From: an uncultured Chthoniobacterales bacterium
Lineage (GTDB): Bacteria; Verrucomicrobiota; Verrucomicrobiia; Chthoniobacterales; SZAS-18
Assembly: GCA_964245035.1 (NCBI GenBank)
Contig: CAXTMD010000002.1
Coordinates: forward strand, 1,253-46,293
Length of the DNA stretch: 45,041 bases
Reading direction: 5' to 3'
Part shown: piece after piece, positions 17,920 through 29,236 of the stretch
Layout of the letters: the number at the start of each line of letters is the position of its first letter
Position numbering within the stretch: the stretch's first letter is position 1
Translations under genes and position numbers: made by a program
The notes under the pieces: generated by a model
Seen by the model: the letters and a program-made list of their open reading frames with translations, nothing else
Told to the model about the DNA's origin: nothing
The model's database searches: none

Positions 17920-19812
17920 TTAGAAGTTGATTTCAGCTTGGGTGCCGAAGATGTGACCGTAATTGTTGTTACGGAACGTGTCACCACCCACGATGCTCCC
18001 CTTCAGGTTGTCGTTCCAGGCGGCGAACGTGTAGAAGAAGCGCAGCGTCAGCGGGTAATTGCCCGTCTTGCCGTAGTGGAACGTCGGGCAGATTGTGAAC
18101 TTGAACAGGTCGCCCGGGCCGGAACTGAACCCGGCCGCACTGCGGATCGCGTTCTGCGCGCTGTTGTCGATGTACTGGTAGGTACCTTCCGCCACGATGG
18201 CGAAGAACGGGGTGAGGTTGTAGGTCGGACGGACGCCAACATCAACCCAGTCTTGCTTGCCCTTGGCCACGATCGCCGCCTCTGGCACCCCGCCCACGTT
18301 CACGGTGACAGTGCCAGGCCCACCAACCGGCAGGGCGGCATCCGGGATCGGCACGTTCGGCCGGCCGGTGTTCTCGTGCTCGTAAACCACCATGGCTTCT
18401 AGCTCAAACTTCTCCTTGTAGTAGAAGTCGATCTGATCGGCCTCCTTGTAGGCGTGCGCATCCGCCAAGGTGGACGGAACGTTGTTCAGCCCCTGCAACG
18501 TTGCGAGAGGAATCCCGTAGAAGGGCGAGTTCCGCAGTTTGTCCGTGTTGGTGGTGTCAAACGCATCCCCGAAGCCGAAGCCCAGGAAGAGATGGTTCGT
18601 CATCTTCAGGTCGCCACTCAGGAAGTCGTGCTTGTAGTCGTTGACGTAACCGCCACTATAACCATCGGTTGCCTGGAACCGAATGCCACCCGCGTAGTTC
18701 AGGTTGTTGTACGCCACCGGCCCGGGCACACCTTGGAAGTCGCCGCTGACCAGCGCGGTGCCGCCGTTGGAATGTTGGTACTGGAACAGGAAGGCGCTCT
18801 GCCCACCGATGACCGGCGTGGTGATATCGTGCAGGCGGATGTAGCCCGACTGCTTGCTCAGATTGCCGTTGGTGGTACGGACGTCACCGAACGTGGATGC
18901 GCCAGGATTGAGCGGGTTGACCGAGCTCTGCGTGCCGCCGGTCGGGCTGCCGGTCAAGTAGGCGATGTCGAGTTTGGCGAAGTCGCCCAGCGCGATGTCG
19001 TTGAACCCGCCACCGTCACCACCGATGACGTAGGAACGTCGGTCAATGATGTTCATGTAGAACTGGTACTCGTAACCGCGACGGCCTGCCCAGACTTCCG
19101 CACCCGGCAGGAACGGCACGGCGTTCTTGATGAAGGCGTAGAGATCGAGGGTGGCGAAGTTGGTTGGCAAGTCCGCCTGCGAACGCTGCGAAGCGTAGCT
19201 GCTCAGCGTGAACACACCGCCAGCGGTCACGGTCGGGTCCTTAAATGGGCTTGTGACGACCTTGAAGCTAGGTTCGAGGTAGGTGTCGAGTTCGTTGCCC
19301 AAGCGGCCGGCGTTGTTGTCGCTGACCAACCCGTTGACGAACGCCGTGTTGCGGCCGTCGTTGTTCTCACGCGGACCACCGTTGATCGAGGTCGCCTCGC
19401 CGGTACGCATGTAGAAGTAGTTGATGTCGAGCGTCGCGAACGGCGTGTCGTACTTGGGCGCCAGGGTGAAGTCCTTCACGTCCTTGCCGTCCGGGTTGGC
19501 CTTCGAGTATTCCTGCTCGGACAGCGCGGGCTTGCCCGAGGCCTTCGCGGCGGCCGCGTCTTTCTTGGCCTGCTCTTGGCCGCGCAGCGTCATGCCGTTT
19601 ACCTGCTTCTGCAGATCGGTGACCTTGGACTCGGCGGCGGTCGCACGCTTCTCGGCCTCTTGCACCTGCGCCTGCATCTGACGCATTTCTTCCTGCATCT
19701 GATGAAGGTCCGGGCTGCCTTCCTGGGCGCGAGCCCAAGGTGCAACAGCCATGGTGAGGGTGAAGGTGGCGATGAGTGCGCTAACTGGGACTGATAGTGG
19801 TTTTCTTTGCAT
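17920..19812 (-). CDS. LamB/ScrY-like carbohydrate porin with an N-terminal coiled coil
   Basis: Signal peptide, Q/E/K/A-rich coiled coil, 'YMRTG', 'GRLGNELDTYLE', 'VWAGRR', C-terminal 'FGTQAEINF'. Confidence 0.85.
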   Translation of the reverse strand: MQRKPLSVPVSALIATFTLTMAVAPWARAQEGSPDLHQMQEEMRQMQAQVQEAEKRATAAESKVTDLQKQVNGMTLRGQEQAKKDAAAAKASGKPALSEQEYSKANPDGKDVKDFTLAPKYDTPFATLDINYFYMRTGEATSINGGPRENNDGRNTAFVNGLVSDNNAGRLGNELDTYLEPSFKVVTSPFKDPTVTAGGVFTLSSYASQRSQADLPTNFATLDLYAFIKNAVPFLPGAEVWAGRRGYEYQFYMNIIDRRSYVIGGDGGGFNDIALGDFAKLDIAYLTGSPTGGTQSSVNPLNPGASTFGDVRTTNGNLSKQSGYIRLHDITTPVIGGQSAFLFQYQHSNGGTALVSGDFQGVPGPVAYNNLNYAGGIRFQATDGYSGGYVNDYKHDFLSGDLKMTNHLFLGFGFGDAFDTTNTDKLRNSPFYGIPLATLQGLNNVPSTLADAHAYKEADQIDFYYKEKFELEAMVVYEHENTGRPNVPIPDAALPVGGPGTVTVNVGGVPEAAIVAKGKQDWVDVGVRPTYNLTPFFAIVAEGTYQYIDNSAQNAIRSAAGFSSGPGDLFKFTICPTFHYGKTGNYPLTLRFFYTFAAWNDNLKGSIVGGDTFRNNNYGHIFGTQAEINF

Positions 19813-19830
19813 GGGGGGATGATTCCTCGT

Positions 19831-19846
19831 ACGCAAACGTTTAAAC
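19831..19846. promoter_or_regulatory. Possible LacI-family operator upstream of the porin
   Basis: ACGCAAACGTTTAAAC with a central AAACGTTT palindrome, about 20 nt upstream of the ATG, next to an AT-rich promoter region. Confidence 0.4.
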
Positions 19847-20151
19847 AGGAATCCGCCCCTAAAAGGAAAGAAGTTTTTTTACAAAAGTTAATATTTTGAG
19901 AATTTGTGCGGAAAATTTGGGCTTAGGTGCATTCCAAACGCCTCTCCGACAACGAACAACGGCTTCTGCGAAGTCACCTCAGCCAGACGGCGGCGACACG
20001 ACGATCTGGTGGAATTTTATGCAACAGGCAACCCGGAAGTGAACACGGACCTATTTCTTCGGGCCTGGAACCGATTCCTTCTCTCAATGCGAGGGCAAAA
20101 TCCTGGAGAACGCCCCGCAAAAACAAAACCAGGGGCTCACGCCCCGATCGT

Positions 20152-20718
20152 CTATTCCCGCTCCCAGATGAGCAGCCGGGCACCGCGGGCGCTGGGGTCG
20201 GAGTTACGTTCCTGATGTGGAGCGTCCTGGCCGATGCGCTGGTTGTCGAAGTAGGATGCCGGCACAGGTTTGGAAGGCGTGGCTGCGGGAGCCTGTTTTG
20301 TCTCGGCCTTTGCTTGTGCGGCCGCTTTCGCGGTCGAGGTCTTCGCCTTTTGTGTTCTGGCGGTTTTAGAAGGTGCCGTGCCAGCAGCTAGTTTCCTGAT
20401 CCTGATGTCGGTCCCACCCTCAGAAGTTTGCGTGATGCTCACAAACGAAGACTGCGACCCAGATAGACGAAACTTGTCCTCATTGGCGGACGAGTTCCTT
20501 TCTTGGGCTCCCCCGGACAGGTGAAAATTGTCTTCGTTGGCAGGCACATTTCTCTCCTGATGTGGCGCGTCGGCACCCGTTCGGTCGCGGTCGTCAGCCA
20601 ACAGTCGCGACACTGCCGAGCCACCGAGAAGAGGGCCGGCAAGCAGGAGGCAGCAGAAAAGCCTGCGGCTGTGCAGCAAGCGCTTGGTAAGAAACAAAGA
20701 GTTAGCAGTCGTGCTCAT
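20152..20718 (-). CDS. Exported hypothetical protein with three QERN repeats
   Basis: Signal-like N-terminus; repeats conserved at the amino-acid level with synonymous codon differences; starts about 30 nt after the mtlK stop. Confidence 0.6.
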   Translation of the reverse strand: MSTTANSLFLTKRLLHSRRLFCCLLLAGPLLGGSAVSRLLADDRDRTGADAPHQERNVPANEDNFHLSGGAQERNSSANEDKFRLSGSQSSFVSITQTSEGGTDIRIRKLAAGTAPSKTARTQKAKTSTAKAAAQAKAETKQAPAATPSKPVPASYFDNQRIGQDAPHQERNSDPSARGARLLIWERE

Positions 20719-20750
20719 TACGTGTTTGTAGCGCGAACCGGTCTGCAAAG

Positions 20751-22232
<1,482 letters not shown>

Positions 22233-22281
22233 GGAACAGAGCTTCGCCGGTCCCACGAGGACCGGTTTGGACAAACAGGAA

Positions 22282-22554
22282 CTAATTGCCCGACGACGGC
22301 GCGGCAAAAGGGGTGCCGCCCCCGGTCGTACCGATGTGCAACGTGGTAAGAAGGTACTCTTCGAACTTCGTCCGGTAGTTCCGGGTCCATTCGTCGCGTG
22401 CCTGTTCCCACGTCATCCGGTTGCCTTTCTCGGCTTCCGTCCACTTGTATTTTCGAATTTCCTCTTTGATCAGCATCGTGATCCGGAAGAAGGGATCAGA
22501 GTACATGAACGGCGGGACCTCGACATATTGCTCACTCTCTAGAACGTTGCGCAT
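22282..22554 (-). CDS. Small DUF4032-like protein
   Basis: 'EEIRKYKWTEAEKG..MTWEQARDEW...Y' resembles the DUF4032-type EI..HKW..SEK.G motif; GGAGG RBS; fits between smoK and mtlK. Confidence 0.7.
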   Translation of the reverse strand: MRNVLESEQYVEVPPFMYSDPFFRITMLIKEEIRKYKWTEAEKGNRMTWEQARDEWTRNYRTKFEEYLLTTLHIGTTGGGTPFAAPSSGN

Positions 22555-22572
22555 AGGGGCATACCTCCTTGG

Positions 22573-23697
22573 TTAGCGAATGGCCTGTTCGGTCTCGGCG
22601 TCGAAGAGGTGAGCTTTGTTCAGATTTAGGAATACGTTTGCCGCATCCCCATGACGGAAGATGTGCTCGCCGGGGATTCGTGCAATCATGTTGCCGCTTC
22701 CCGCCTGGAGATAGACCAAAGATTCCGAACCCATCGGTTCGGCGATGTCCACCGTCGAGTTGAGCGGCACGTGCATTTCGTCCGCCGCCGAGTTGGCCAG
22801 ATGCTCCGGACGGATGCCGAAAAAGACGGGCTTGTCGATGCAGCGCTCAGCTAAGGCGGCGATTTCTCCACGCAGAGGGATCCTCAACGGGTTTGCTCCC
22901 CCATCCTCAAACACCACGCCACCATCCCCACGACGTACGGTTCCACGCAGGAGGTTCATGGGCGGGCTGCCGATGAAGCTGGCCACGAAGACGTTTGCCG
23001 GCTGCCGGTAGAGGGTCAGCGGGTCTGCGGTCTGCATGATCAGTCCGTCACGCATCACGCAGATGCGGTCGCCCATTGTCATGGCCTCAACCTGATCGTG
23101 CGTCACATAGATCATCGTGGCGTCGAGTTGTTCGTGCAGGCGCGAGATTTCCGCACGCATCTGCACGCGCATCTTGGCGTCGAGGTTAGAGAGCGGTTCG
23201 TCGAAGAGAAACACCTTCGGCTCGCGCACGATGGCCCGGCCCAGGGCAACGCGCTGGCGCTGGCCGCCCGAGAGGGCCTGCGGTTTGCGCTCCAGCATTT
23301 TGTCCAATCCTAGAGCCTTTGATGCGCGTGACACCGAGTTCTGGATGAACCCTTTGTCTTTCTTCGCGAGCTTCAGCCCGAAGGCCATGTTGTTGTAAAT
23401 GGTCATGTGCGGGTAGAGCGCGTAGTTCTGGAACACCATGGCGATGCCCCGGTCCTTCGGCTTGACCTTGTTAACCACCTGCTCACCGATCTGGATGGTG
23501 CCGCTGCTGATTTTCTCTAACCCGGCAATCATGCGCAGGGTCGTGGACTTGCCGCAACCCGATGGGCCGACCAGCACCATGAATTCACCGTCCTTGATGT
23601 CGAGGTCGATGTCTTTGACGGCCGTAAACGTCGGCCGGCCACGGTCGTCGGTGTAGGTCTTGACGAGATTTTTGATGGTAACAGAACGGTCGTTCAT
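22573..23697 (-). CDS. smoK: MalK/SmoK-type sugar ABC ATPase
   Basis: [37 protein letters not shown]-terminal TOBE region. Confidence 0.9.
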   Translation of the reverse strand: MNDRSVTIKNLVKTYTDDRGRPTFTAVKDIDLDIKDGEFMVLVGPSGCGKSTTLRMIAGLEKISSGTIQIGEQVVNKVKPKDRGIAMVFQNYALYPHMTIYNNMAFGLKLAKKDKGFIQNSVSRASKALGLDKMLERKPQALSGGQRQRVALGRAIVREPKVFLFDEPLSNLDAKMRVQMRAEISRLHEQLDATMIYVTHDQVEAMTMGDRICVMRDGLIMQTADPLTLYRQPANVFVASFIGSPPMNLLRGTVRRGDGGVVFEDGGANPLRIPLRGEIAALAERCIDKPVFFGIRPEHLANSAADEMHVPLNSTVDIAEPMGSESLVYLQAGSGNMIARIPGEHIFRHGDAANVFLNLNKAHLFDAETEQAIR

Positions 23698-23723
23698 GTG
23701 GGGAGAACCAGGAGGAGGTTAAC

Positions 23724-24539
23724 TTATTTCACCGCGCCAAACGTCAGGCCGCTCACCAATTGCTTCTGAGAAAGCCAGCCCATCACCATGATCGGTGCGA
23801 CGGCGAGCAGGGAAGCCGCCGAGAGCTTGGCCCAGAACAATCCTTCGGGGCTGGAGTAGGAAGCGATGAAAACGGTCAGCGGCGCGGCGTTGGCGCTGGT
23901 AAGATTCAAGCTCCAGAACGCCTCGTTCCAGGACAGGATAATCAGCAGCAGCGCGGTCGAGGAAATCCCCGGCAGCGACATCGGCGCAAGAACGTTGCGC
24001 AGTTCGTTGCTGAGGCTGGCACCGTCCACCCGCGCCGCTTCCAGAATTGCCCCCGGCACCTCGCAGAAGTAGGTGAACGTCATCCAGACGGCGATGGGCA
24101 GATTCAGCAACGTGTAGATGATAATCAATCCCGTGATGGAGTCGAGCAGGTGCGCCGTGCGGAAGATCAGGTAGATCGGCAGGAGCACGCCGACGGCCGG
24201 CATCATCTTGGTGGACATCATCCACACCAGCGTTCCAGCCGTCCTGGGCGTCGGGAAGAACGCCATGCGGTAAGCACACGGAATGGCGATGAGGAAACAG
24301 AGCAAAGTCGAGCCCAGCGAAACGTAGATCGAGTTGAACAGAAACGCCTTGTAGTTGCTGCGGGCAAAAACCTCGCTGAACGAATCGAGCGTCGGCTTGA
24401 AGATGAGTGACAACCCATAGGCGTCCTGCTCTGTCTTGAAGGCCGTCACCGCCATGATGAGGATCGGAAAGAAAACGATCAGGGCGACCGTCCAGCCAAG
24501 GATGCCGCAAACCCAGGTTTTGAGACGAGATTCTTCCAT
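23724..24539 (-). CDS. smoG: Sorbitol/mannitol ABC permease (SmoG/MtlG)
   Basis: 'WMMSTKMMPAVGVLLPIY', EAA loop, 'FIASYSSPEGLFWAKLSAAS', 'GLTFGAVK'. Confidence 0.88.
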   Translation of the reverse strand: MEESRLKTWVCGILGWTVALIVFFPILIMAVTAFKTEQDAYGLSLIFKPTLDSFSEVFARSNYKAFLFNSIYVSLGSTLLCFLIAIPCAYRMAFFPTPRTAGTLVWMMSTKMMPAVGVLLPIYLIFRTAHLLDSITGLIIIYTLLNLPIAVWMTFTYFCEVPGAILEAARVDGASLSNELRNVLAPMSLPGISSTALLLIILSWNEAFWSLNLTSANAAPLTVFIASYSSPEGLFWAKLSAASLLAVAPIMVMGWLSQKQLVSGLTFGAVK

Positions 24540-24540
24540 G

Positions 24541-25491
24541 TCAGCGAGCGGCTTTGAGGTTGTTGGAAAGGAGGCGAACCAAGAAGAAAGCGACGACGTT
24601 CGCCAAGATGACCGCCAGCAAGCCACCCGCCGAGGCGATGCCGATGTCGAACTGCTGTAAACCCAGCGAATACACTAGGTAAGCGAGGTTCGTCGTCGCC
24701 ACGCCGGGACCGCCGGAAGTGGTGGTGTAGATTTCCGCGAAGATCGACAGCAGGAAGATCGTCTCGATCATCACCACCACGCCGATGGCCCGGTAAAGGT
24801 GCGGCAGGGTGATGCTGAAGAACTTCTGGAGGCCGCTGGCTCCGTCGATGGCGGCGGCTTCCTGCTGTTCGTAATCCAGCGACTTGATGGAAGTAAACAG
24901 GATCAGGAACGCAAAAGGCATCCACTCCCAAGAAATGATGAGGATCACCGAAAACATCGGGTGGTCACCGAACCAGTCCACCGCCGGGATCCCGAAAAAT
25001 CCCAGCACCTTTGCCACCAACCCGTAGACGGGATGCAGCATCATGTTTTTCCACACGAGCGCGCTGACGGTCGGCATGACGAAGAAGGGTGCGATGACCA
25101 GCAGCGTCGCCACGTTGCGGCCGAAAAACTTGGTATCGTAAAGCACCGCCAGCAAGATGCCCAAGCCAACCGTAATCACCAGCACCGATCCCAGCAAGAC
25201 CACGGTGTTGATGATGGACGGAATAAACGCCGGGTCCTCCCAGAGGAACTTGTAGTTCTCGGTCTTGGCGAACCCGGTCGCGTCCGGGTTCATCAGGTTA
25301 TAATGGATGAGCGAGAAATAGATCGTCATCCCGAGTGGGACGATCATCCAAAGAAACAGTGAACCCACTGCCGGCCATTGCAGGTACGGCATGGTGGATT
25401 CGGCCTCTTCCTCCATCGGAGGCATGTCGTCAGCGGAATGGGTGCGTTTGACGGTTTCCGCCGGGGTCTTGATCTCGGTTTGGACTGGCAT
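24541..25491 (-). CDS. smoF: Sorbitol/mannitol ABC permease (SmoF/MtlF)
   Basis: 'WMIVPLGMTIYFS', 'IAPFFVMPTVSALVWKNM', 'IETIFLLSIFAEI'. Confidence 0.88.
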   Translation of the reverse strand: MPVQTEIKTPAETVKRTHSADDMPPMEEEAESTMPYLQWPAVGSLFLWMIVPLGMTIYFSLIHYNLMNPDATGFAKTENYKFLWEDPAFIPSIINTVVLLGSVLVITVGLGILLAVLYDTKFFGRNVATLLVIAPFFVMPTVSALVWKNMMLHPVYGLVAKVLGFFGIPAVDWFGDHPMFSVILIISWEWMPFAFLILFTSIKSLDYEQQEAAAIDGASGLQKFFSITLPHLYRAIGVVVMIETIFLLSIFAEIYTTTSGGPGVATTNLAYLVYSLGLQQFDIGIASAGGLLAVILANVVAFFLVRLLSNNLKAAR

Positions 25492-25528
25492 CGGGAGGGA
25501 GGGAGTAAAGGGACTACTGCGAGGGAAA

Positions 25529-25563
25529 GTCTCCCGGTGGGCCTTTCAGCCCAGCCGGGAGAC
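25529..25563. terminator. Intercistronic hairpin after smoE
   Basis: GTCTCCCGG-TGGGC-CTTTCA-GCCCA-G-CCGGGAGAC. Confidence 0.55.
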
Positions 25564-25584
25564 CCCGTGAGAGATGGAACGGGT

Positions 25585-26904
25585 TTACTTCTGGAGACCC
25601 GCCTGCTTGACGGCGCGGTCTGCCGCCGTCTGCGAAGCCTTCAGACACTGGTCAACGCTTTCGTTGCCTGCCAGCGCACCCGCGAAGTTTTGGCCCACCA
25701 CGGTGCCGATAGACTGGAACTCGGGGATGCCGACGAACTGCAAGCCCGTGTAAGGCACCGGCTTGACGGCCGGGTTGGCCGGGTCCGCCGCCGACATGGC
25801 TTCGAGGGTCACCTTGGCAAAGGGCGACACCTTTGTGTATTCCTCGTTGTCATAGAGCGACTTGCGCGTGCCCGGCGGCACGGTGGCCCAGCCGGTGTCG
25901 TCCGCCACCATCTTGAGGTACTCCTTGGAGCAAGCCCAAGCGATGAATTTCTGCGCGCCGTCCGAGTTCTTGGATGCCTTGGGAATAGCGAAATCCCACG
26001 ACCACAGCCAATTGCCACCGTTCTTGTTGACGGCAACAGGAGCCTGAGCGAAGGCCACCTTATCGGCGACCTGTGACTGCGCTTTGTCGAACAGCGTGCC
26101 GGCACCCGATGTGGCATCGATCCAGATCGCCGCCTTGCCGCTGGCAAACAGCGTCAGGTTCTCGTTGAAGCCGTTGGCCGACGCACCGGGAGGGCCGTCC
26201 TTCTTCATGATGTCGAGGTAGTAGGTCGCCGCTTTCTTCCACTCCGGGGATTCGAGTTGCGCGTGCCACTTCATGTCGTACCAGACTGCACCCATCGAGT
26301 CTGCCAGGCAGTCGATGAAGGCCATGTTCTCACCCCAGCCCGGCTTGCCGCGCAGGGTAATGCCATAAATGCCTTTGCTCTTATCGGTGAGAGCGTCGGC
26401 CGCTTTCTTGATTTCCTCGTAGGTGGGCGGATCGGACAAGGTGAGACCCTTCGCGTCGAAGAGATCCTTGCGGTACATGGTCATGCAGCTCTCGCCGTAG
26501 AAGGGCATCGCAAAGAGTTTGCCCTCGTAGGACGCGCCATCACGCAGCGACTTGAACACGTCGTCCAGGTCGAAGGCCGCTGGCAGGTTGCTGATCTCCT
26601 TGAGGAACCCGCGCTTGGCGAAGATCGGGGCCTCGTAGATGCCAATGAACACGAGGTCAAACTGGCCGCTGCCCGTGGTGAGATCCGTCGTCACGCGTTG
26701 GCGCAAGACGTTCTCTTCCACGATCACCCAGTTGAGCTTGATGTCTGGATTATCGGATTCGAACTTGGAAGAAAGCTTCTTCAGTTCGATCATCTGCGGG
26801 TTGTTCACCGCCGCGATGGTGACGGTTTTTTGTTGTGCTAGCACGGTGGTTGCTGAAAGCAAACCACTCGTAAGCAACAAGGCGGACAGCAGGTGCTTGA
26901 TCAT
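25585..26904 (-). CDS. smoE: Sorbitol/mannitol-binding protein (SmoE/MtlE)
   Basis: 'TIAAVNNPQM', 'EENVLRQRVTTD', 'PFYGES', 'LRGKPGWGENMA', 'VPPGTRKSLY', 'QFVGIPEFQ'. Confidence 0.9.
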   Translation of the reverse strand: MIKHLLSALLLTSGLLSATTVLAQQKTVTIAAVNNPQMIELKKLSSKFESDNPDIKLNWVIVEENVLRQRVTTDLTTGSGQFDLVFIGIYEAPIFAKRGFLKEISNLPAAFDLDDVFKSLRDGASYEGKLFAMPFYGESCMTMYRKDLFDAKGLTLSDPPTYEEIKKAADALTDKSKGIYGITLRGKPGWGENMAFIDCLADSMGAVWYDMKWHAQLESPEWKKAATYYLDIMKKDGPPGASANGFNENLTLFASGKAAIWIDATSGAGTLFDKAQSQVADKVAFAQAPVAVNKNGGNWLWSWDFAIPKASKNSDGAQKFIAWACSKEYLKMVADDTGWATVPPGTRKSLYDNEEYTKVSPFAKVTLEAMSAADPANPAVKPVPYTGLQFVGIPEFQSIGTVVGQNFAGALAGNESVDQCLKASQTAADRAVKQAGLQK

Positions 26905-27281
26905 GGGTAGGAAAATCCCCAAGGGCACGTCGGACCTGTCGTCGCGCCACCACTCGGAGACGCGGCCGCATGACGCACACTCTGGGGAGAGTTGATGACT
27001 AGGTGAATCGCATTACAGAGGTTCGTCAATGAGAATCTGCGGATTTTCCCCACCCGCGTGTAAATGTTTGGGCGAGGGGGGCTGTTGGATACGCCGTGCC
27101 AGTTCTCCAAACCACGCCTACCTTGGGTACAAACAGGCGGCCAGCTTGGTGGATTTGCAGGAAACCGACCCACCAAGCGGGACCGGGAGGTCGGCTTCAT
27201 CGTCAGCGTGGCTCTATTAAACTTGTTTCATCAAACTGTTTGCATACAGCCGACTCGATACAGGATGACGAAATAGCACCG

Positions 27282-27509
27282 ATGAAAACCTTGCTTCGTA
27301 CCTTCCTCCTCTTGGCGGTCGCTTGTGGCGGCCTGAATCTGCTCACCGCTTGCAATGGCAGCGGCGATACGAGCCACGACACCTCTCCAGCCCAGATCCA
27401 TCATAGCAGCGGCCGGCCGGTCAACCCGGAAACGAATCCTGGCGGTCAGGCCGTGCCGGGCTCGCGCTCGACCGGGGCGAACACCCAGGGCACAAATGGC
27501 CAGCAATGA
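27282..27509 (+). CDS. Small low-complexity lipoprotein (75 aa)
   Basis: MKTLLR, hydrophobic core and LTAC lipobox; polar disordered tail; followed by a terminator. Confidence 0.65.
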   Translation: MKTLLRTFLLLAVACGGLNLLTACNGSGDTSHDTSPAQIHHSSGRPVNPETNPGGQAVPGSRSTGANTQGTNGQQ

Positions 27510-27599
27510 CGCTGTGAAGCGGCAGCCGGCCAAAGAAGCCAGCAACCGCCCGGTCTAGGTCATTCTGACCGGATCCTAGCCAAACAGAAGCTTTCGGAA

Positions 27600-27630
27600 G
27601 GGTGGCGGCATTTGTCCGCCGCCCTTTTTT
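27600..27630 (+). terminator. Rho-independent terminator
   Basis: GGGTGGCGG-CATTTGT-CCGCCGCCC-TTTTTT. Confidence 0.7.
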
Positions 27631-27745
27631 GCGTTTACTGCCGTCGTGAGCCATTCACGGCTTCGCCTTGTAGTTAAGCTTCCCGGTTGCGAAAATTATC
27701 GACGGCCGCCGGTGCGAGCGCGATGGTTGAAGTTCGTTAGTCCCC

Positions 27746-29236
27746 ATGAGCGTTTCGGTCGAGTTCAGCCGTGTCACCAAGTCCTTCGGCTCGGTGCGTG
27801 TCCTCCACGGGATCGACCTCGCGCTCGTCCCCGGCCACATCTACGGATTGCTGGGCGAAAACGGGGCTGGCAAATCCACGCTGATGAAGATCCTGGCCGG
27901 GTACGTGGCACCCACCGGCGGGGAACTTCGCATCGACGGCCGGGTCGTGTCCTTCCAGGGACCGCGGCAGGCCGAGGCCGCCGGCATCGCGATGATCCAC
28001 CAGGAGTTCAATCTGGCCGAGGATCTGACGGTCGCGCAGAACGTCTTTTTGGGCCACGAAATCCGGCGGCGCGGCCTGCTCGATGACCGGGCGATGCGCG
28101 CCGAGACCGCCGCGCTGCTCAGGCAGGTCGGGTTGACCGCCGGTCCCGACACCAAGGTCAGGCACCTGATCGTGGCCGAGAAGCAACTGGTCGAGATCGC
28201 CAAGGCTTTGGCGCGCAAGGCGCGGTTGTTGATCATGGACGAGCCGACCGCCACGCTGACCCCCGGGGAAACGGAGCGGCTCTTCCAATTGATCGGCCGG
28301 CTCCATGCCCAGGGGGTGACGATTCTCTACCTCTCGCACCGCCTCGATGAGGTGGAACGCCTCACGCACGAAATCGTCGTCCTGCGCGACGGACGGTTGG
28401 TGGCCCGCGAGGAGACGCGCAGCGTCACCCGCCAGCAGATGGCAAACCTGATGGTGGGCCGCGAGTTGTCGGATCTGTTCCCTGCCAAGCAACTCGCCCT
28501 CCCGGAGGCAGCGCACCCGGCGCTGCGGGTGGAACGGCTCCGGGTGCCCGGCTGGGTGGCCGAAGCGAGCTTCGAGGTGCGGCCGGGCGAAATCCTGGGC
28601 TTCGCCGGGTTGGTCGGCGCGGGACGCACCGAGTTGTTCGAGGGCTTGCTGGGTCTGCGCGAAGCCCGGGCCGAGCGGGTCGAACTCGACGGCCGCCCTG
28701 TCCGCTGGCGCAACCCGCGGGACGCGGCCGACGCCGGCCTGACGTACCTCAGCGAGGACCGCAAGGGCAAGGGGCTGCACGTGGACTTCGGCCTGCGCGA
28801 GAATCTGACGTTGATGGCGCTCAAACGCTACGCCACGCCGTGGCTGCGGCCGGCGGCCGAGCGGTCCGCCTTACGGTCGGCCGTGGAGTTGTTCGGCATC
28901 CGCACGGGGTCGCTGGGGCTGCGTGCCTCGGCCCTGTCCGGCGGCAACCAGCAGAAACTTGCCCTGGCAAAAGTGTTGCAACCCGCCCCGCGGGTTCTCG
29001 TGCTGGACGAACCCACGCGCGGGGTGGACGTCGGGGCCAAGCGGGACATCTACTTCCTGATCCAGAAGCTGGCGAGTGAAGGGCGCGGGATCGTGGTGGT
29101 TTCCTCCGAATTGATCGAACTGATCGGCCTGTGCCACCGCGTGGCGGTGATGCGCGCCGGCCGCCTGCAAACAATCCTCGACGCCTCCCACCTGACCGAG
29201 GAAGAATTGATCGCCCATGCCGCCGGAACCCACTGA
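27746..29236 (+). CDS. CUT2 (RbsA-like) sugar ABC ATPase
   Basis: [30 protein letters not shown]. Confidence 0.92.
   Translation: MSVSVEFSRVTKSFGSVRVLHGIDLALVPGHIYGLLGENGAGKSTLMKILAGYVAPTGGELRIDGRVVSFQGPRQAEAAGIAMIHQEFNLAEDLTVAQNVFLGHEIRRRGLLDDRAMRAETAALLRQVGLTAGPDTKVRHLIVAEKQLVEIAKALARKARLLIMDEPTATLTPGETERLFQLIGRLHAQGVTILYLSHRLDEVERLTHEIVVLRDGRLVAREETRSVTRQQMANLMVGRELSDLFPAKQLALPEAAHPALRVERLRVPGWVAEASFEVRPGEILGFAGLVGAGRTELFEGLLGLREARAERVELDGRPVRWRNPRDAADAGLTYLSEDRKGKGLHVDFGLRENLTLMALKRYATPWLRPAAERSALRSAVELFGIRTGSLGLRASALSGGNQQKLALAKVLQPAPRVLVLDEPTRGVDVGAKRDIYFLIQKLASEGRGIVVVSSELIELIGLCHRVAVMRAGRLQTILDASHLTEEELIAHAAGTH

Noticed and set aside
19904-20215. Short ORFs in the porin upstream region
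   Set aside because: They overlap an AT-rich promoter region and the QERN gene and show no protein-like features.
20152-20718. RiPP precursor or CRISPR-like reading of the QERN repeats
   Set aside because: No modifying enzymes or cas genes nearby; the repeats are conserved as peptide, not as regularly spaced identical DNA.
27087-27103. Possible sigma54 promoter (TGGCACG on the minus strand) upstream of smoE
   Set aside because: The -12 element reads ATCC instead of TTGC, and no enhancer-binding protein is in the window.
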